From positions 1 through 50,092 of the forward strand of contig DATAGN010000056.1 in assembly GCA_036263715.1 (NCBI GenBank): 50,092 bases of DNA, read 5' to 3'. The notes under the pieces are model-generated. The model saw only the letters and a program-made list of their open reading frames with translations, was not told where the DNA came from and searched no databases. Shown here piece by piece: positions 1 to 11,604 of this stretch. Position numbers and translations under genes: made by a program. The first letter of the stretch is position 1. Each line of letters starts with the position of its first letter. Source of the DNA: Ramlibacter sp. GTDB taxonomy: Bacteria; Pseudomonadota; Gammaproteobacteria; Burkholderiales; Burkholderiaceae_C.

Positions 1-1356
1 CTTGCCCAGGGTGCCCGTGACCACGTCACGGTACATGGGGCGGTAGTAGTCCTGGCGCATGTCCTCCTCGCGCGTCCACACCACCTTCACCGGCGTGCCC
101 GGCACGCGCTGCGCGATGCGCGCGGCCTTTCTGGCCATGTCGGCCTCCAAGCGGCGGCCGAAGCCCCCACCCAGGAGGTGGTTGTGCACCACGACTTTCT
201 CCGCCGGCAAACGCAGTACCTTGGACACGGCGTCGCGCACCATCGACATCACCTGCGTTCCCAGCCAGACCTCGCAACCGTCGGGACGCACCTGCACCGT
301 GCAGTTCATGGGTTCCATGGTTGCGTGCGCAAGCAGCGGTAGTTCATAGGCGGCCTCGACGCGGGCGCCGGCGCCGCCAGCCGCGCGCACGTCGCCCACG
401 GACTTGGCAACCACGCCCGGGTTGCGCGACGCGGCACGCAGCTGGTGCCACAGGTCCTGGGTCGACGCGCGTGCCTGCGGTCCGTCGTCCCAGTCGATCT
501 TGAGGGCCTGCAGACCCTGCTTGGCAGCCCACATGTGGTCGCCGACGACCGCCACCAGGTCGTCCAGCACGACGACCTGCTGCACCCCCGCAACCATGCG
601 GGCTGCGGTGTCGTCGACGCGTCGCACCTTGCCGCCCAGCACGGGGCTGGACACGAGCGTGGCGACCTTCATGCCTGGCAGCCGCGTGTCGATGCCGAAC
701 GTGGCGCTGCCGTTCACCTTGGCCGGCGCATCCAGCCGCTTGAGCGACCGGCCGATCAGCCTGAAGGCGGCGGGATCCTTCAGCATGGGATTCGGGTTCA
801 CTGCGATCGCAGCCGCAGCGTCCACCAGTTCGCCGTAGCCGAGCTCGCGGCCGCTGCCGGTGTGCATCACCCGGCCGTTGCGGGTGCTGCACTCGGCTGC
901 CGGCACGTTCCACCGCATCACCGCGGCCTGCAGCAGCGCGGCTCGCGCGGAGGCGGCGGCGGTGCGCAGCGGCTTCCAGAACGCGCGGATGGACGTGGAG
1001 TTGCCGGTCGTCTGGATACCGAGCGCCGGATTGGCGTACAGCTTCTCGTCCGCCGGTGCATGTTCGAGCACCACCCGGGAGAAGTCGGCGTCGAGTTCCT
1101 CGGTGAGGATCATGGCGATGGAGGTGTACGTCCCCTGGCCCATCTCGACCTGGGGCATGACCAGGGTGGTGGTGCCGCTGCGGTCGATTCGGATGAAGGC
1201 GTTCGGGGTGAAGCTGGGGCGCACCTGCGCGTTCAGCGGTGCGGCTCCGGTGCTCGCCTGTCCTGGCAGCTCGAACGCAAGGATGAAGGTGCCGGCCAGC
1301 GTGGCTCGCAGCACGGCCCGCCGGGTGAGGGCAGGAGCCGCGTGCTCGCCGCTCAT
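1..1356 (-). CDS. Xanthine dehydrogenase-family molybdopterin-binding subunit (isoquinoline 1-oxidoreductase beta-like); 3' end runs off the window
   Basis: Manual translation from ATG 1356 (ATGA overlap with upstream gene): [16 protein letters not shown] (Tat-like)...[11 protein letters not shown]...QVEMGQG...[10 protein letters not shown]...LGGGFGRR...[10 protein letters not shown], all IorB-type motifs. Missing from the ORF track because its stop lies outside the window. Confidence 0.92.
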   Translation of the reverse strand, partial: MSGEHAAPALTRRAVLRATLAGTFILAFELPGQASTGAAPLNAQVRPSFTPNAFIRIDRSGTTTLVMPQVEMGQGTYTSIAMILTEELDADFSRVVLEHAPADEKLYANPALGIQTTGNSTSIRAFWKPLRTAAASARAALLQAAVMRWNVPAAECSTRNGRVMHTGSGRELGYGELVDAAAAIAVNPNPMLKDPAAFRLIGRSLKRLDAPAKVNGSATFGIDTRLPGMKVATLVSSPVLGGKVRRVDDTAARMVAGVQQVVVLDDLVAVVGDHMWAAKQGLQALKIDWDDGPQARASTQDLWHQLRAASRNPGVVAKSVGDVRAAGGAGARVEAAYELPLLAHATMEPMNCTVQVRPDGCEVWLGTQVMSMVRDAVSKVLRLPAEKVVVHNHLLGGGFGRRLEADMARKAARIAQRVPGTPVKVVWTREEDMRQDYYRPMYRDVVTGTLGK

Positions 1357-1829
1357 GGGCGCCCCCGCGAGCCGCTCGCCGCCAGCTTGATGGCCTCGCG
1401 GATGCGCACGTAGGTGCCGCAGCGGCAGATGTTGCCCGCCATCGCAGCGTCGATGTCGGCATCGCTCGGCTGTGGCTTGTCGCGCAGCAGCGCGGTGGCG
1501 GACATGATCTGGCCGGACTGGCAGTAGCCGCACTGGACCACCTCCAGGTCCACCCAGGCGCGCTGGACGCGGGCACCCGCGTCGCTGTTGCCAGCGGCCT
1601 CGATCGTGGTGATCGACTTGCCCTGCAGGCCGCCCACCGGCAGAACGCAGGAGCGCGTCGGCTGGCCGTCGACATGCACCGTGCACGCGCCGCATTGCGC
1701 AACGCCACAGCCGAACTTGGTGCCGGTCATGCCGAGCACGTCGCGCAGCACCCACAGCAGGGGCATCTCGTCCGGCACGGAGACTGTCTTGGCCTCTCCG
1801 TTGATTCGCAGATTGGTGGTTTCCGGCAC
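1353..1829 (-). CDS. (2Fe-2S)-binding small subunit (IorA/CoxS-like)
   Basis: [16 protein letters not shown]...SC and QCGYCQSGQ...NICRCGTY iron-sulfur motifs; AAGGAG RBS before GTG start; coupled to the molybdopterin subunit. Confidence 0.95.
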   Translation of the reverse strand: MPETTNLRINGEAKTVSVPDEMPLLWVLRDVLGMTGTKFGCGVAQCGACTVHVDGQPTRSCVLPVGGLQGKSITTIEAAGNSDAGARVQRAWVDLEVVQCGYCQSGQIMSATALLRDKPQPSDADIDAAMAGNICRCGTYVRIREAIKLAASGSRGRP

Positions 1830-2320
1830 GGTCGCTCCTTTCGTGGTTCGCCGCGTTCGCGCGCCGTGCGCGGACAGGGGCGACTATCGGCTTGGCGCGC
1901 GGCGACCGGTTCGCCAGGAAGCCTGGGGCGGCGCGGTGCCCATGGCGGCAGTGCCGTCTCGGCCGAAGGTGGCACACGCACTGTCAGCCGCATGCCTCGG
2001 CGGCAAGCGCGGCGGCGGCGGCCCCGGCCTGCGGATGGAGGTGAGGCGGGCGAACGCGCAGCCCTGGCCATGGTCGGATGCGACGAAGTCGAGCACACTG
2101 CACCCTGGGCGTGGGGGCCCGCAGTTGGACTTCAGGGGGCGCACGCATGCGGGAGCCGCCGCGGCGACGGCAAGGTTCCGGCCCACGGTGAGGGGCCGGC
2201 CTGTTTGGGTTGAAAATGCAGGCGCCGGCGGACGCGCGGCTTTGCGGGCGCTGCCTGTGAGGCAGCCAGCGTCGCAGTGCGTGCGAGACAGCAAGCGTCA
2301 GTTCAGAACACGGGGTGGGC

Positions 2321-5155
2321 ATGGACGGGTTTGCGGGGATCCCTGCCGGTGCGGACGCCGGCGTGGCGTCGGATGCGAGCAAGGCACCGCACGGATGGCT
2401 CGAAGCCGGCGCCGTCGGTCGGGCACTGCAGGCCCTGGCCGCGCAGATCGAGCCACGCAGGCTCGCCGACGCGGTGCTGCGCATGGCGCTGGAGACCACC
2501 GGCGCACAGCGTGTGCTGCTGCTGCTGCCCCACGCCGGTGAGCTGCGCGTGGCCGCTAGCGCCCAGGCCGCAGCCTCTGCCAGCCTTGCTGTGCCGCCTG
2601 GCGCGCCCGCCAGCAGCGTGCACCTGCCGCACCAGGTTGGTCGCGCGCTCGCCAGCATGCTGGAGGCCGCCGCTGGCGCCGGCACGCGCGCCCACCGTGT
2701 TGCCGCACCGACCCCCGTACAGCGCGTAGTGCTGGACGCGGCGGTGTGCCTGCCGCTGCAGCATGCGGGCCGCCTGCTGGGCATCCTCTACCTCGAAGGC
2801 TCGGGTCTACAGGCCGCAGGAACGGAGCCGCTGGCGCTGCTGGAAGTGGTGGCCGCACCCGCCGCCCTGGCGGCGGCCGACGAACGCAAGGCTTGGACCG
2901 ACCAGGGTGAGGCGGCAACGCTGCGCACCTTGATGGAAGCGAACATCATCGGGATCGTCACCTGGCACATCGATGGCCGCATCTTGGCGGCCAACGATGA
3001 ATTCCTGCGCATCGTGGGCTATGCGCAGGAGGACCTCGTGGGCGCCGGCGTGCGGTGGACCGACCTGATCCCGGCGGACGCAGGCGCCCAGGACGCGCAG
3101 GCGCTGCAGGAGGTGCAGCAGGTGGGCGCGCTGCAGGCCTACGAGCGGGAAATGGTTCGCCGCGACGGCACCCGTGTTCCCGTCCTGGTGGGCGCGGCGA
3201 TCTCCCCCGGCGCCCAGGAGGGCGTTGGTTTCGCGGTGGACCTGAGCGAGCGCAAGCGCGCCGAGCAAGCCTTGCGCGAAATGCAGCGCGAGGCCCGCCT
3301 CATCATGGACACCATCCCCGGCCTCGTGGCAACCCTGACCGCCCAGGGCGCGGTCGAGACGGTCAATGGTGAACTCATGGCCTATTGCGGCCAGGGCCTG
3401 GAGCGCATGAAGGAGTGGGGAACCAACGGAACGGTTCATCCCGAGGACATGGCGACGGTCGCACAAACCTTCATGGCGGCGATCCAGTCCGGTGAACCAT
3501 ATGTCTTCGAGACGCGCATCCGCCGCTTCGACGGGGTGTACCGCTGGTGCCAAGTGCGCGGGCTGCCGCTGCGCGACAGCAGCGGATCGATCCTGCGCTG
3601 GTACGTGCTGCTCACCGACTGCGACGACCGCAGGCGCGCCGAGAACGAGGTGCTCGCGCGCGAGCGTGACCTGAAGCTGATCGTCGATACGATCCCGGCG
3701 CTGGCCTGGTCGGCGCTGCCCGATGGCAGTGCCGACTTCTTCAACCAGCACTTCCTGGAGTTCACCGGGCTGGCGGCTGCGGAAGCGGCCGGCTGGGGCT
3801 GGATCGCATCGATCCACGCCGACGACCAGCAGCAGCTGGCGCGCATCTGGAGCGACGTGCTCGCCTCGGGGCAACCCGGCGAGGCCGAAGCGCGGCTGCG
3901 GCGTCATGACGGGGAATACCGCTGGTTCCTCTTTCGCGCGCATCCGTTTCGCAACGAGGCAGGGACGATCACGAAATGGTACGGAGCCAACACCGATATC
4001 GAGGACCGCAAGCGTGCCGAGGCGGAACTGCGCCGGGCCTACAACAGCTTCCGTGACGCGCAGCGCCTGAGCAAGACCGGCAGCTTCATCACTGACTTGA
4101 CCCGCGACGACCATTCATGGTCCGAGGAAACCTATCGGATCTTCGGCTTCGAGCCGGGAAGCACGATCAGCGTGCAGCGCTTACTGGAGGTCATCCACCC
4201 CGAAGACGGGCCGGGCTTCGTCCAACTGCTCGCACGGGGTGTCAGCGGCGTGGACGTGCACTTTTCCTTCCGGGTGGTCCCTGCGCCGGGAGCGGTGAAG
4301 CACGTGCGTGGTGTCGCCCATGTGGTCGAGCAGGTGACGGGCCGGCCGATGCTCGTGGGCGCGATGCAGGACGTGACCGAGACCGTGCAGGCCGAGGATG
4401 CGCTGAACCGGGCGAGATCCGAGCTCGCCCATGTGGCACGGGTGACCAGTTTGAGCCTCTTGACCGCTTCCATCACCCACGAGGTCAGCCAGCCTCTGTC
4501 CGGGGTGGTGACCAACGCGAACACCGCCGGGCGCATGCTCAACGCCAGCCCACCGAACGTGGAGGGAGCGCGCGAAGCCTTGCGGCGCATCCTGCGCGAT
4601 GGCAACCGTGGCGCGGAGGTGATCGCGCGGCTGCGGGCGATGTTCAGCAAGAAGGACATGACGCTGGAGCCCATGGATCTCAACGCCGCCGCCCGGGAGG
4701 TGGTGGCCCTGTCGATGGCGGAGATCCGGCGCAACCGGGTGATCCTGCAGCAGGAGTTCGCCGAGCCGCTGCCGCTGGTCCTGGGCGACCGCATCCAGCT
4801 GCAGCAGGTCATCCTCAACCTCTTGCGCAATGGCTGCGAGGCCATGGGCGGCATCGAACACCGGCCGCGCACTCTGGTGATCCGCACGCTTGCGCACGGT
4901 CCCGGCATGGTCCGCCTCGCAGTGAGCGACGCCGGCCCGGGCCTGTCGCCGCAGGTGCTGGAAAAATTGTTCGACCCCTTCTTCACGACCAAGGCCGGCG
5001 GCATGGGCATCGGCCTGTCGGTGAGCCGCTTCATCATCGAGCGCCATCTGGGTCGGCTGTGGGCGGAGTGCAACGAGGACGGCGGCGCCAGCTTCTCGTT
5101 CTGCATTCCGGTGAGCGAGACCAGCGACGCGATGGGGGGCGAGGGACACCTTTGA
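2321..5155 (+). CDS. Cytoplasmic sensor histidine kinase: degenerate GAF + about four PAS/PAC + HisKA + HATPase
   Basis: PAS/PAC repeats (ANIIG, VHPED, RRFDGVYRW, RRHDGEYRW); H-box ASITHEVSQPL; QQVILNLLRNG; DAGPG; FFTTK; GMGIGL. Confidence 0.93.
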   Translation: MDGFAGIPAGADAGVASDASKAPHGWLEAGAVGRALQALAAQIEPRRLADAVLRMALETTGAQRVLLLLPHAGELRVAASAQAAASASLAVPPGAPASSVHLPHQVGRALASMLEAAAGAGTRAHRVAAPTPVQRVVLDAAVCLPLQHAGRLLGILYLEGSGLQAAGTEPLALLEVVAAPAALAAADERKAWTDQGEAATLRTLMEANIIGIVTWHIDGRILAANDEFLRIVGYAQEDLVGAGVRWTDLIPADAGAQDAQALQEVQQVGALQAYEREMVRRDGTRVPVLVGAAISPGAQEGVGFAVDLSERKRAEQALREMQREARLIMDTIPGLVATLTAQGAVETVNGELMAYCGQGLERMKEWGTNGTVHPEDMATVAQTFMAAIQSGEPYVFETRIRRFDGVYRWCQVRGLPLRDSSGSILRWYVLLTDCDDRRRAENEVLARERDLKLIVDTIPALAWSALPDGSADFFNQHFLEFTGLAAAEAAGWGWIASIHADDQQQLARIWSDVLASGQPGEAEARLRRHDGEYRWFLFRAHPFRNEAGTITKWYGANTDIEDRKRAEAELRRAYNSFRDAQRLSKTGSFITDLTRDDHSWSEETYRIFGFEPGSTISVQRLLEVIHPEDGPGFVQLLARGVSGVDVHFSFRVVPAPGAVKHVRGVAHVVEQVTGRPMLVGAMQDVTETVQAEDALNRARSELAHVARVTSLSLLTASITHEVSQPLSGVVTNANTAGRMLNASPPNVEGAREALRRILRDGNRGAEVIARLRAMFSKKDMTLEPMDLNAAAREVVALSMAEIRRNRVILQQEFAEPLPLVLGDRIQLQQVILNLLRNGCEAMGGIEHRPRTLVIRTLAHGPGMVRLAVSDAGPGLSPQVLEKLFDPFFTTKAGGMGIGLSVSRFIIERHLGRLWAECNEDGGASFSFCIPVSETSDAMGGEGHL

Positions 5156-5263
5156 CCGAGGCGCGGGTGCGTCCTCGGCGCATGGGCGCCGACAGGCCGG
5201 CTGCCTACGCTGTGCAGCAGCACGCGCGAGCGCCGCGTGCGCCGATCCACACCAGGAGTCCCC

Positions 5264-5689
5264 ATGTCCGAATCGAAAGACCACAAGGTCCTCTACACCG
5301 CCCGCGTTCGCACGCAGGGCAACCGTGATGGAGGTGTGTCACGCAGTGCCGAGGGCAACCTTGAACTGACGCACATCCCGCCCGGAACGCCGGGCAAAGG
5401 CACCAACCCGGAGCAGCTGCTGGCGGCCGGCTGGGCCGCGTGCTTCCAGGCCGCCATGGCGCACGTGGCGCGCGAGATGAACGTGACCCTGCCCGCGGGG
5501 ACCGCCATCGATGCCGAGGTCGACCTGCGCCTGGGCGGCGATGGCTACTCCCTGGGCGCCCGCTTCGCGGTCAGCGTCCCGGGGGTGCCGCGGCACGTCG
5601 GCCAGGCCATCATGGACATGGCGCACCAGATGTGTCCCTATTCGAAAGCGCTGCGCTCGGGCATCACGCTGGAGCTGAAACTGGTCTGA
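5264..5689 (+). CDS. ohr: Organic hydroperoxide resistance protein (Ohr/OsmC family)
   Basis: LYTA, GTNPEQLLAAGWAACF and AHQMCPYSKA with both catalytic Cys; AGGAG RBS before ATG 5264. Confidence 0.92.
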   Translation: MSESKDHKVLYTARVRTQGNRDGGVSRSAEGNLELTHIPPGTPGKGTNPEQLLAAGWAACFQAAMAHVAREMNVTLPAGTAIDAEVDLRLGGDGYSLGARFAVSVPGVPRHVGQAIMDMAHQMCPYSKALRSGITLELKLV

Positions 5690-5865
5690 CAGTGGCCGCG
5701 GCTGCCTGCGAAAAGCGGCTGGTCGCGGCGAAAAGCGGATAGCTCGGGGGCGGGCTGTCGCCCATCATCGCGGGTTGGGCCGCACAGGTGGCCTCCGACG
5801 CGATCGGTCAGGCTCCCTGCGGCAGGCGGCGCAACACGCGCTTGGCGCCATCCCGACACATCCAG

Positions 5866-6660
5866 ATGCAGCACCCGCCCGACCCGCACCGATCCCCTGC
5901 GCCTCACAGTGCACCCGCGAGGCCGACCCAGGATCTCCAGGCGGCCTTGGCCGCTTGGGAGCTCTTTGGGCACTCGTTCGCGCATGAGCTCGGGTCGCCG
6001 CTGCACCTGCTGGAGGAATACCCGGCCATCCTGCTGGAGTCGGAAGGCGCGCTGCTTTCGGCGCGCGGACGCCGCTACCTGGAGAGCATCGCCGCCGCTG
6101 CCCTTCAGGTGCGCAGGCTGGCGGCGGGCGTGCTGGCGCTGGCGCCGCTGCCCGCGCGTCCCCTAGATCCCAAGCGCGTGGACCTCAGCGCCTTGGCTTG
6201 GCAGGTGGTTGACTGGCTGCGCGAGCTCGAGCCGGGCCGATCGGTGAACGTTGCGGTGCAGCCCGGCCTGTCTGGCATCGGCGATGCCGACATGCTTCGC
6301 ATTCTGCTGCGCAACCTGATCGGCAATGCCTGGAAGTTCTCCGCGGGACGGGCACTGGCGCACATCGCCGTGCGCGCCGAGGACACCGAATACGGGCGTG
6401 CCATTTGCATCAGCGACGATGGTGTGGGCTTCGACATGCAGGATGTGGGCCGCCTCTTCACTCCTTTTGCCCGCTTGCACGACCGTGCGCAGTTCCCGGG
6501 CACCGGGCTGGGGCTGGCGCTGGCGCAACTGGTGGTCGAGCGTCACGCCGGGCGCATCTGGGCGCAAGCGAGCGAGGGCCACGGCGCCAAGTTCTTCTTC
6601 GTGCTGGGACTGCCGGAGGCATGCGTGTCAGTAACTGCGCCTTCGCAGTGCGGCGACTGA
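5866..6660 (+). CDS. Histidine kinase core without a sensor domain (phytochrome-type HisKA/HATPase); start uncertain (5788 or 5866)
   Basis: FAHELGSPL H-box, LLRNLIGNAWKFS N-box, DDGVGFD, LFTPFARLH, GTGLGLA. Confidence 0.85.
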   Translation: MQHPPDPHRSPAPHSAPARPTQDLQAALAAWELFGHSFAHELGSPLHLLEEYPAILLESEGALLSARGRRYLESIAAAALQVRRLAAGVLALAPLPARPLDPKRVDLSALAWQVVDWLRELEPGRSVNVAVQPGLSGIGDADMLRILLRNLIGNAWKFSAGRALAHIAVRAEDTEYGRAICISDDGVGFDMQDVGRLFTPFARLHDRAQFPGTGLGLALAQLVVERHAGRIWAQASEGHGAKFFFVLGLPEACVSVTAPSQCGD

Positions 6661-6672
6661 AGGCGGGAGCGC

Positions 6673-7662
6673 TCAGCGTCCGGTGCGCGCGCGCAGCAGC
6701 GTCTGCCGTGGCGTCTCGCCAAAGGTGGCGCGGTAGTGGGCGGCGAACCGCGACAGGTGAAGAAAGCCGTGGTGCAGTGCCACCGCGCTGACGCTGGTTG
6801 CGGCTCCGCCGCGCTGCAGCTCCGCGCGCACGGCCGCCAGCCGTATCTGGCGGTAGTACTGCGTCGGCGTCATTTGGCGCCATTCGCGAAAACCCGCCTC
6901 GAGGCTGCGCACGCTCACGCCAACGGCGCGTGCGATGCCTGCAACCGTCAGGGCCTCCCCCGCCGTTGCGGTGCGCATCAGGTGCTCCGCCTCGCGCACC
7001 GCGCGGGGAGTCGCCAGCGCCTGCGGCCGGCGCAGCGCCTCGGAGTAGTTGTGGGGATGCAACTCCAGCAGCAGCGACAGCAGGAACTCCTCCAGCCGCA
7101 GCGCCGCGGCGGAGGGCAAGCTCTCGCCCTGCCGCTCCAGTCCCAGCAGCAGTGCAATCGTCTCGCCCCACGCTGCCTCCAGTCGCGGCGCGAACGGCTG
7201 CAATTCGAAACGCAGCGGCGCGTCCATGGGTTGACGCAGTGTGGCGGCGCACAGCCGCTCGATTTGCTGAACGTCCAGTCGCACCGAACGCTGTACGAAC
7301 TGGCCGTCGAACGCGAGCAGCGTGGCGCGTCCGGGAGACAGCGGGATCGTCTGCCCGGCGGTGAAGCGTGTGCTGGCGAAGTCCTGCGTGGCCGAGGCGC
7401 TTCCTTGCGTGCAGGTCTTGACCAGCAGCAGGTTGTCGAAGCGGCCGGCGTCGATCCGCACCGGCGCCGAGTAGCGCAGGCTCACCACCGGATGCGCCTC
7501 GCCGCCGCGCACGTGCAAGCTCGAGGCGACCCGGCGCGCAGCGCCTGCGACGGTCAGTGCATGGGGGCAGTACACCCGGCTGACCGCGGCGATGGCCTCG
7601 TCGAGATCGCGGGTCTCGATCTGCAGGCCGCGTGCCGGCACACCTGGGGAAGGATGATCCAC
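6673..7662 (-). CDS. AraC-family transcriptional regulator with N-terminal ligand-binding domain; start approximate (GTG 7662)
   Basis: TRDLDEA...VYCPH N-terminus; IARAVGVSVRSLEAGFR and VALHHGFLHLSRFAAHYRATFGETP HTH motifs; the 548-aa ORF N-terminus overlaps the MaoC gene and is spurious. Confidence 0.88.
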   Translation of the reverse strand: MDHPSPGVPARGLQIETRDLDEAIAAVSRVYCPHALTVAGAARRVASSLHVRGGEAHPVVSLRYSAPVRIDAGRFDNLLLVKTCTQGSASATQDFASTRFTAGQTIPLSPGRATLLAFDGQFVQRSVRLDVQQIERLCAATLRQPMDAPLRFELQPFAPRLEAAWGETIALLLGLERQGESLPSAAALRLEEFLLSLLLELHPHNYSEALRRPQALATPRAVREAEHLMRTATAGEALTVAGIARAVGVSVRSLEAGFREWRQMTPTQYYRQIRLAAVRAELQRGGAATSVSAVALHHGFLHLSRFAAHYRATFGETPRQTLLRARTGR

Positions 7663-7718
7663 GTTGCTGTTTGGGGGAAAAGGCGGAGTATGGACTGGCT
7701 CGATCACCCGCAACGGCC

Positions 7719-8216
7719 TCAGGTCATCCCGGTCCCGACGGCGCCGCCGCGGCGCGCCACCACCAGGTTGGCGGTGAAGGTCTGGACCACGTCTCCGTGC
7801 TGGGTCAGCGTCGTTACGCGCAACACGACCAGACCGTGGTCGGGATGGGCGCGTGAGCCGAGCAGGTGCAGCACCTGGCTGTCCACGTGCAGGATGTCGC
7901 CGGGCCGCGCTGGCGAGCGCCATTCGATCTGTCCGCCGGCAACGATGAGGCCATGGGCCAGGCGAGGACCGCCTTCGACCAGCAGCCGCATGGTGATGGC
8001 GGCCGTGTGCCAGCCGCTGGCTGCCAGCCCCTGGTAGGCGCTCTGCTTGGCCGCTTCGGCATCGAGGTGGAAGGGCTGCGGGTCGAAGTCGCCGGCAAAG
8101 CCGGTGATGTCCTGCGCGCGCAGCTCGAACACGCCGCTGCCAAAACGGTCGCCCACGTTGAGATCCTCGAAATACAGCAGGTCCTCTTGCATCACGGAAG
8201 GTGCCTTGGTTTGCAT
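7719..8216 (-). CDS. MaoC-family (hotdog) dehydratase
   Basis: LYFEDL, FDPQPFHLD, GLAASGWHT, RPGD motifs; alternative start 8192. Confidence 0.9.
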   Translation of the reverse strand: MQTKAPSVMQEDLLYFEDLNVGDRFGSGVFELRAQDITGFAGDFDPQPFHLDAEAAKQSAYQGLAASGWHTAAITMRLLVEGGPRLAHGLIVAGGQIEWRSPARPGDILHVDSQVLHLLGSRAHPDHGLVVLRVTTLTQHGDVVQTFTANLVVARRGGAVGTGMT

Positions 8217-8234
8217 GGAGAAGCTGCCGCTGTT

Positions 8235-8477
8235 TCAGGCGCGCGGCCATCCCACCCAAGCGGCACAAGGTGGGCTGTCGGCGGCCGGCGCGAGCGCAGG
8301 CACCTGTGCCGCGGGGCACGCCAGCGCGTGTTCGTGCCGGACGATCGCGGCGCAGGCGGCCAGGGCCACCGCGACGCCGATGCTCCAGCCGGCCAGTGCA
8401 CCGGTGAGCGTGTGCCGCCGGAGCCGTGCGTCACGGCAGGCGCCGCGGTCGCTGGCATCCGGCACGGACGGAGGCAT
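8235..8477 (-). CDS. Hypothetical small membrane protein (80 aa)
   Basis: AGGAG RBS 6 nt before ATG 8477; one hydrophobic segment (LTGALAGWSIGVAVALAACAAIV); co-oriented with and ending 18 nt before the MaoC gene. Confidence 0.5.
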   Translation of the reverse strand: MPPSVPDASDRGACRDARLRRHTLTGALAGWSIGVAVALAACAAIVRHEHALACPAAQVPALAPAADSPPCAAWVGWPRA

Positions 8478-8594
8478 GCGGGGCTCCTGGTTCTGGCCGT
8501 GGACCACTGCCGGGTCGGCTGTCGGGGAGCACCCGGAAGCCGAACACCCACGCCAGCAGCGGCAGCGGATTGACCCGTCGCCTGCGCGCGGGGG

Positions 8595-8702
8595 TCACCG
8601 GACGACGCACACGCGGCGCAGGTCGGTGATGCATTCGACCATGGCGTCGTGCCAGTGGCGGCGTACCTGCATGTAGAAGAGATCTTGCGACAGCGTGGTC
8701 AT
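8595..8702 (-). CDS. Putative 35-aa small protein MTTLSQDLFYMQVRRHWHDAMVECITDLRRVCVVR
   Basis: Manual translation; GGGAG RBS 7 nt upstream; first ORF downstream of the operator/promoter at 8734-8791. Confidence 0.45.
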   Translation of the reverse strand: MTTLSQDLFYMQVRRHWHDAMVECITDLRRVCVVR

Positions 8703-8733
8703 GGGGCACTCCCGTGCGGTGGATCGAGCCTCC

Positions 8734-8791
8734 ATGGAAACAGAGGCGGGAGCGGCCGGCCATTGCACTTTGGTTTCGCCGATACCAAGGT
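8734..8791 (-). promoter_or_regulatory. Tandem operator + promoter: ACCTTGGT-N9-ACCAAAGT-GCAA-TGGCCG-N17-TTCCAT
   Basis: Same spacing as the elements at 15470, 19004 and 30752. Confidence 0.7.
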
Positions 8792-8804
8792 GTCTGCCCC
8801 GGCA

Positions 8805-11474
<2,670 letters not shown>

Positions 11475-11604
11475 GAAGTCCTCCGTGAATGGATGGCGCC
11501 GCGCGCCGTCACGCAGGATGGAGCGGATTCGCCCGCACCGGCCGGGGCTTGCGGCAGACTGCGGGGTGATCCTTCGGGGGAGCGGCCGGGTAGCGCGCGC
11601 TCTG

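Noticed and set aside
1880-2100. Degenerate operator-like 8-mers (CCGAAGGT 1963, GCCATGGT 2067) between iorA and the kinase
   Set aside because: They do not fit the core/-35/-10 spacing; possible but unsupported
5707-5738. Short direct repeat GCGAAAAGCGG x2 after ohr
   Set aside because: Only two short copies and no supporting context
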